Sequence record: PZ452584.1
DNA: 64,000 bases
Reading direction: 5' to 3' (one strand)
DNA from: a phage
Shown here piece by piece: positions 59,413 to 64,000 of the stretch (its first letter is position 1; every line of letters starts with the position of its first letter). The notes below the pieces were generated by a model that worked only from the letters and a program-made list of their open reading frames with translations, had not been told where the DNA came from and did no database searches. Both the position numbers and the translations under genes were made by a program.

Positions 59413-59775
59413 TTAAAAGAATTTAAACTTTTTCTTTGACCTTTTATTAAATGCATCTTGTAGTTGCATTGTAATACATTTTTCTACATGAGGAGCTAAC
59501 TCAGCTTTTCTTTCTTGGTCAAGAACAGCAAAGTCCATTACAACCTTTCCATTAACCCAATCTAATTTTGTCACATACACAATGTGTGTAGAACCATCTT
59601 CTAGTTTAATGACAATCTCCTGGATAACATTTTCCATAGCGGATTTAATTATCTTAAGAGACTCATTAAAAAGACGTTCTTTTCTTTCTTCTTCCCCCTC
59701 CGAAGAGGGGGATTCATCGATAATTTCTAGATCTAAATCTAAATCATCTTTATTCATTAAATTCTTCCATATCAC
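59413..59775 (-). CDS. 40: gp40 head vertex assembly chaperone
   Basis: 120-aa ORF between uvsX and 41 as in T4; assignment by position and size. Confidence 0.65.
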   Translation of the reverse strand: MIWKNLMNKDDLDLDLEIIDESPSSEGEEERKERLFNESLKIIKSAMENVIQEIVIKLEDGSTHIVYVTKLDWVNGKVVMDFAVLDQERKAELAPHVEKCITMQLQDAFNKRSKKKFKFF

Positions 59776-60931
59776 TTAGCTGATCTAGGTCAGTTTCTAA
59801 ATCAGCCGCTGATTTACTTTTACTTTCTGGAGATTTAAATTTTTCAACTTTTGAGTTAATTAATTCATCAACTTCCGCTTCAACAATTTCATTACTATCA
59901 ATAGCACCTAACTGATAAGCACGTTTAATAGCATCTCGGAATGGTTGATGCTTAAATAAAGGACCCCAGAATGTAGTGCAGTTAGTATCTTTTGCACGCC
60001 AAGATTTTTCTTCGCGAATCATCTCGCCGGTTTCTTCGTCAAGAAATTCACGAGCATACCAACCATTCTTAGGTTTTACAACAAATCCTAATTCTAGAGC
60101 CATATCTAACAATCCAGAATAAGGATCGATACCACCGTCAAATTTAACATCAATAAAGAATTTACTTTTTTCTTTAACGGTACGAGATTTTTCTACATTT
60201 AGAACAAATTGATACCCCTGAAGATCAGAACCATCTTTAATCTGACGTTTACCGATAATGAATACAGTATCAGCCGAATACATTACGCCTGTACCACCTG
60301 TCATCACGGTTTTACTAAACATTTCAATTGTTTCAATTGTATGGTTAACCGCAACACATGGAATATTTTTAATGCTAAAGTAAGGAGTAACAATACGGAA
60401 TAATGACTTCAGTGATTTAGCACGAGTCATATCTGCCACAGATTTTTCATTCAAGGCATCTTCCGTTTCTTTCTTAGAAGCCATATTACCGATTGAGTCG
60501 ATGAATACAATAACTTTTTCACCGCGCTCAATAGCTTCAAGCTGATTCACCATATCAATTTTCAGCTGTTCAACTGACTGGATTGGCGTATGAATTACTC
60601 GTTCCGGGTCAACTCCCATGGATCGCAAATAAGCTGGAGTAATACCAAATTCACTATCATAGAATAGACAAACCGCGTCAGGATATTTGTTTAAATATGC
60701 CGCAACCATAGTCAAAGACATATTTGATTTAAAGTGTTTAGAAGGACCTGCAAAAATGGTTAAACCAGACTGCATACCGCCATCAATCGCACCAGAAATA
60801 GCGATATTAAGCATTGGGATTTTTGTACGGATTACATCCTTTTCATTAAAGAATTTAGATGTAGTCAGTTCAGCAGTCATTTTAGAAGTGGAAGCTTTAA
60901 TCAAACGGGATTTTAAATCTGCAATAGACAT
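59750..60931 (-). CDS. uvsX: UvsX recombinase (RecA-like)
   Basis: 393-aa ORF MSIADLKSRLIKASTSKMTAELTTSKFFNEKDVIRTKIPMLNIAISG...; close to T4 UvsX with substitutions. Confidence 0.93.
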   Translation of the reverse strand: MSIADLKSRLIKASTSKMTAELTTSKFFNEKDVIRTKIPMLNIAISGAIDGGMQSGLTIFAGPSKHFKSNMSLTMVAAYLNKYPDAVCLFYDSEFGITPAYLRSMGVDPERVIHTPIQSVEQLKIDMVNQLEAIERGEKVIVFIDSIGNMASKKETEDALNEKSVADMTRAKSLKSLFRIVTPYFSIKNIPCVAVNHTIETIEMFSKTVMTGGTGVMYSADTVFIIGKRQIKDGSDLQGYQFVLNVEKSRTVKEKSKFFIDVKFDGGIDPYSGLLDMALELGFVVKPKNGWYAREFLDEETGEMIREEKSWRAKDTNCTTFWGPLFKHQPFRDAIKRAYQLGAIDSNEIVEAEVDELINSKVEKFKSPESKSKSAADLETDLDQLSDMEEFNE

Positions 60932-61008
60932 TCATTTTTTCCATAGGCATCATTATATTTTCCTCACTGGTTAAAGATAGAGTAATTATAACACAATAAA
61001 TTTAGGCA

Positions 61009-61851
61009 TTAATCAACTGCTATTGGATGAATAGCATTAAACTTATGAAATGCTTCTGATTTTTCTTTACGCGAAACACACATGCGAAGAACCTTTAATG
61101 GCTCGTCTTCTTCACCCAACGATTTTCGTTTTTCAATATTAGAAGTTTTCCAACGAGCTTGCTCTGGAAACTCTCTATTGATTTGCTCAAGCGCTCTATT
61201 ATGTTTAGAATTACTACGAATTGAACTACACCCACCAGGAGCTTGTGCTTTTCCAGATACAACCAGATATTTGAACAAGGCCAAATGCGGATAACCTTGA
61301 TTAATTAAATTGAGAAATGCATACATATCTTCGCACAAATCAATTTTTCCATACCCAATTTGTTCTGTCGTAAGTTTTCCAAGGTCATACCATGTATTCG
61401 TGAATCCATATGAATTTTCACGATAATTACCCCAAGATGAAGTAATTTTAAAAATTGGTAGGCGAGCATGACCGTGATAATACCCGCAATCCATGGCATC
61501 TTCGACGTATTGAATCAATTCATAGAACTGTTCATGAGTCAATTGATTGACTTTATCCACGCAACGACGGTCATCTCTTTTTCGCATTGAACTCATACGA
61601 ATAGTAGTATCATCGTCAATCATCCAGATTCGTTGGCCTGCATACATATCAGTAATTGCTTTACGAGTACCGGCAATTCCGTTTACATCATCAGGAATAG
61701 TTATAATTTTAGCTCTAGACCCATAGGCATCATAATAAGCTTTTTCTTCATGTTCACGCACTACAATATGGGGTTCATAATCAGTCGGAAACATATCAAG
61801 GGCAGAAACTGCCCCGACACGCTGATAACTTGGAATTACGAATTGAATCAT
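61009..61851 (-). CDS. DxD glycosyltransferase at the beta-gt locus (possible beta-alpha glucosyl-HMC glucosyltransferase)
   Basis: 280 aa from ATG 61851 (ATGA overlap with gene 42 stop); WMIDDDTT DxD motif; too short for T4 beta-gt (351 aa). Confidence 0.45.
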   Translation of the reverse strand: MIQFVIPSYQRVGAVSALDMFPTDYEPHIVVREHEEKAYYDAYGSRAKIITIPDDVNGIAGTRKAITDMYAGQRIWMIDDDTTIRMSSMRKRDDRRCVDKVNQLTHEQFYELIQYVEDAMDCGYYHGHARLPIFKITSSWGNYRENSYGFTNTWYDLGKLTTEQIGYGKIDLCEDMYAFLNLINQGYPHLALFKYLVVSGKAQAPGGCSSIRSNSKHNRALEQINREFPEQARWKTSNIEKRKSLGEEDEPLKVLRMCVSRKEKSEAFHKFNAIHPIAVD

Positions 61852-62588
61852 TTCCACTCACCTTTATAGTCTTTTTTCACAATATGAGTTTCGCCAGTAT
61901 TCCACCAATGATCAACCAAGTAAAAATGACGAGAATATACATGAAGACTTCCAACATTCCATATAATAGAACCTGCTTTATACTGACGAGTTGAATCGCC
62001 GACATTCAAATCAGATACTAATTTATCTAATACGTATTTTTGCCATGCATAATCATTACGGAATCCGAAGACCACGTCATTTGAGCGCATGCTTACTACT
62101 GCATTGACTTTCTTATCACGAATCAGGTACTGTACTGTATTAGTACACATGAAATCTGACATACCATCTTTATTGTAGTCAAATTGCATGGATGGACGAG
62201 TATAAATCATGATACCACGTCGAGAATCAGGATTTTGACCAAGTTCAGCTAAACACATATCATACTGGGCATAGTTATCTTCTGACCAAATAGCCCAACC
62301 ATAATTCGAGTTAATTTCGCCTTTAGAAGATGCTACCTGCTGCCAAATCTTTGGTGTTTCGCCTGGAATATCTTTAACAAACAAGCTCTTAGATTTATAC
62401 CATTCAAGTTCACGCTGAATGTATTCATCATTAAGAGCGCCAAAAATAAACGGTTCATCTGCTACAAATGATGCGCCAATAATTTCAATAGTTTTAACAC
62501 CAGTTTTATCAACTACGAAATCTTTTTCTTTTAATGCAAGCCCCAAATGAAGACGGATTTCTTCAACTGTCATAGAGTCACTAATCAT
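61848..62588 (-). CDS. 42: gp42 dCMP hydroxymethylase
   Basis: 246-aa ORF MISDSMTVEEIRLHLGLALKEKDFVVDKTG...; same length as T4 gp42. Confidence 0.93.
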   Translation of the reverse strand: MISDSMTVEEIRLHLGLALKEKDFVVDKTGVKTIEIIGASFVADEPFIFGALNDEYIQRELEWYKSKSLFVKDIPGETPKIWQQVASSKGEINSNYGWAIWSEDNYAQYDMCLAELGQNPDSRRGIMIYTRPSMQFDYNKDGMSDFMCTNTVQYLIRDKKVNAVVSMRSNDVVFGFRNDYAWQKYVLDKLVSDLNVGDSTRQYKAGSIIWNVGSLHVYSRHFYLVDHWWNTGETHIVKKDYKGEWK

Positions 62589-62741
62589 TTAAACCTCAAT
62601 TGATACATTCATATTTAAATTGTAACAGTAATAAACCCCAACCTAAAATAATAGTTGGAATCATAAGAGGAACCGTTACACTATAGTATATACTTATTAT
62701 AATCATCAAGATTAAAAGCAACACTGTTATAATTTTGCTTT

Positions 62742-62993
62742 TCATTCCTTCTCTCTGATGATAATTACCTGATTTGGCTGTGCAGACTTTTTAGTTTCAC
62801 CCGCAATTGACCAAATAAATGTAATAAACCAACCAATAATTGACCAGTTAAACAGTAAAGATGTGAAAAAGATTCCTACTGTCGATTTTGACCCACGCAT
62901 CAAGGCGATAAACCATGGAAGCATGTATATAATAATAGCCAACACACCTGAAACTAAAACCATAAAAATTGAACCTGCTACTAAAGTTTCCAT
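62742..62993 (-). CDS. imm: Imm immunity (superinfection exclusion) membrane protein
   Basis: 83-aa ORF with two TM segments METLVAGSIFMVLVSGVLAIIIYMLPWF...; T4 position between 43 and 42. Confidence 0.85.
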   Translation of the reverse strand: METLVAGSIFMVLVSGVLAIIIYMLPWFIALMRGSKSTVGIFFTSLLFNWSIIGWFITFIWSIAGETKKSAQPNQVIIIREKE

Positions 62994-63000
62994 GTTTTCC

Positions 63001-63381
63001 TCACTTAATCAAATTTTTTACACATGAATTATAAGAATTCACTACATACTCCATCGGAGCATTTTTACCAGTACGCCATTGGTAATTATTAGCCCAATTT
63101 GCCCAAAGCTCGGCGCAGTAGTTTTCAATTTTTTCTTCGCGTGTAATTACATCCGAATTACGATATGCTTGAGCAGATTCATCTGGACGAATAGCTTCGT
63201 CAAAATTCGCCTGCATTTGTTCTACTGTTTGCTTTGGAGCTTCTTTATAACACTTGACATTAGGATTATAAAATTTGCTTGAACAGTTTACAATTTTTCC
63301 TACATCAGACTGATTTACTACCGGTCCTTGAGCTACACAACCAGTAAGACCTAATGCAATAACCAAAATAGCGATTTTCAT
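63001..63381 (-). CDS. putative lipoprotein (126 aa)
   Basis: MKIAILVIALGLTGCVAQ signal peptide plus lipobox. Confidence 0.55.
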   Translation of the reverse strand: MKIAILVIALGLTGCVAQGPVVNQSDVGKIVNCSSKFYNPNVKCYKEAPKQTVEQMQANFDEAIRPDESAQAYRNSDVITREEKIENYCAELWANWANNYQWRTGKNAPMEYVVNSYNSCVKNLIK

Positions 63382-63391
63382 AATAATTTCC

Positions 63392-63628
63392 TCAAATGCA
63401 AGTAGTAATTACTCCAGTAGTGCTTATGCAGGTATTACCCATTTGCACACCTAAAGATCCATTTGTATTCACATGAAGATTATCATCAATTTTAACTGAT
63501 ATTTTACCATTAGTGTGAATAACGGTGCTAGATTCAATCACAGGTTGAGTATCATTTTCAACACTAACAAATGGAACTGCTGCTAATGCAACTAAACAAA
63601 CTGCTAAGCATCCCATAACAATTTTCAT
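63392..63628 (-). CDS. putative secreted protein (78 aa)
   Basis: Trimmed to ATG 63628 with GGAGAA RBS in promoter-leader cassette; MKIVMGCLAVCLVALAAVPFV signal peptide. Confidence 0.5.
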   Translation of the reverse strand: MKIVMGCLAVCLVALAAVPFVSVENDTQPVIESSTVIHTNGKISVKIDDNLHVNTNGSLGVQMGNTCISTTGVITTCI

Positions 63629-63665
63629 TTTATTCTCCAAATCTGTATCAGTAGTTGATAGTTGT

Positions 63666-63695
63666 ATAGTACCATGGAAGAACAGTCTTGTAAAC
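63666..63695 (-). promoter_or_regulatory. T4-type early promoter (cassette copy)
   Basis: gtaaac 63690-63695, atagta 63666-63671. Confidence 0.6.
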
Positions 63696-63775
63696 AGTTT
63701 TGTGAAAATTTTTTAGGGAATTCTAAAGGTCCAGAATCATCTGTTTTTCATAAGTATAGATTTATATTACTTGTA

Positions 63776-63798
63776 TGAAAAAGGGACCCGGAGGTCCC
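63776..63798 (-). terminator. intrinsic terminator downstream of gene 43
   Basis: gggacc cgga ggtccc at 63783-63798 preceded by A-run. Confidence 0.6.
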
Positions 63799-63811
63799 TA
63801 GATTTATTCTA

Positions 63812-64000
63812 TCAGCCAAACAGGAAGTCTAACGAAGCTTTTTCTTCATAGTCCATACCAGCCGATTCACACATGCCTGCAAGCGGTTTAACAAACGATT
63901 TTTGGAACAAAGTTGAGTAGTCAATCCAAGACAGTACGTCAGAACGAATTTCTTTTGGAAGTTCTGTACCCGATGGCCAAGCAATGCACTTGTCACCAAA
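63812..64000 (-). CDS. 43: gp43 DNA polymerase, C-terminal 62 codons (5' part beyond window end)
   Basis: Open minus-strand frame ending ...EKASLDFLFG then TGA at 63814-63812; T4 position upstream of imm; terminator follows. Confidence 0.5.
   Translation of the reverse strand, partial: FGDKCIAWPSGTELPKEIRSDVLSWIDYSTLFQKSFVKPLAGMCESAGMDYEEKASLDFLFG

Noticed and set aside
60932-60990. 18-aa upstream ORF overlapping the uvsX start
   Set aside because: Too short and unsupported; probably only part of the uvsX leader
17560-63720. Dispersed 90-bp repeats as a possible mobile element or CRISPR array
   Set aside because: Copies are dispersed, each sits directly upstream of a gene and carries promoter plus RBS; no terminal inverted repeats or transposase

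Overview
This 64-kb window is a contiguous segment of a T4-like (T-even) myovirus genome. It is densely packed, about 35 % GC, and shows no bacterial host genes, rRNA, tRNA or CRISPR arrays. The minus strand carries a long early/middle gene array that I recognise from conserved T4 protein N-termini and gene order: a partial HAD-type nucleotidase, a NADAR-like ORF, rIII, 31, cd, pseT, alc, rnlA(63), denA, nrdB, nrdA, td, frd, 32, 59, 33, dsbA and rnh. The plus strand carries the late tail-fibre module 34-35-36-37-38 plus holin t (20946-31480). The minus-strand array then resumes with asiA, an arn candidate, motA, 52, ac, stp, ndd, denB, rIIB, rIIA, 39, dexA, dda, an srd candidate, modA, modB, soc, 56, 61, sp, dmd, 41, 40, uvsX, a glucosyltransferase, 42, imm and the 3' end of 43. 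Several features differ from T4 itself and resemble T2/T6-type phages: a single 605-aa gene 39, a 1102-aa gp37 followed by a glycine-rich gp38 adhesin, a 280-aa DxD glycosyltransferase where T4 has beta-gt, intron-less td and nrdB, and no room for dam between 56 and 61. Regulatory signals are abundant and repetitive: at least 17 copies of a T4-type early promoter (GTTTAC, 18-bp spacer, TA-rich -10), MotA-box middle promoters, TATAAATA late promoters and a family of intrinsic terminators with UUCG/CGAA-type tetraloops. I do not see a clear novel multi-gene system. The most interesting unexplained items are a NADAR-like ORF coupled to a HAD phosphatase, a 356-bp GC-enriched non-coding gap downstream of rIII, an extra ORF inserted between frd and td, the missing dam locus with a convergent small ORF, and several tandem paralog pairs and small hydrophobic peptide genes. 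All product calls rest on recalled sequences and synteny; no database search was run.
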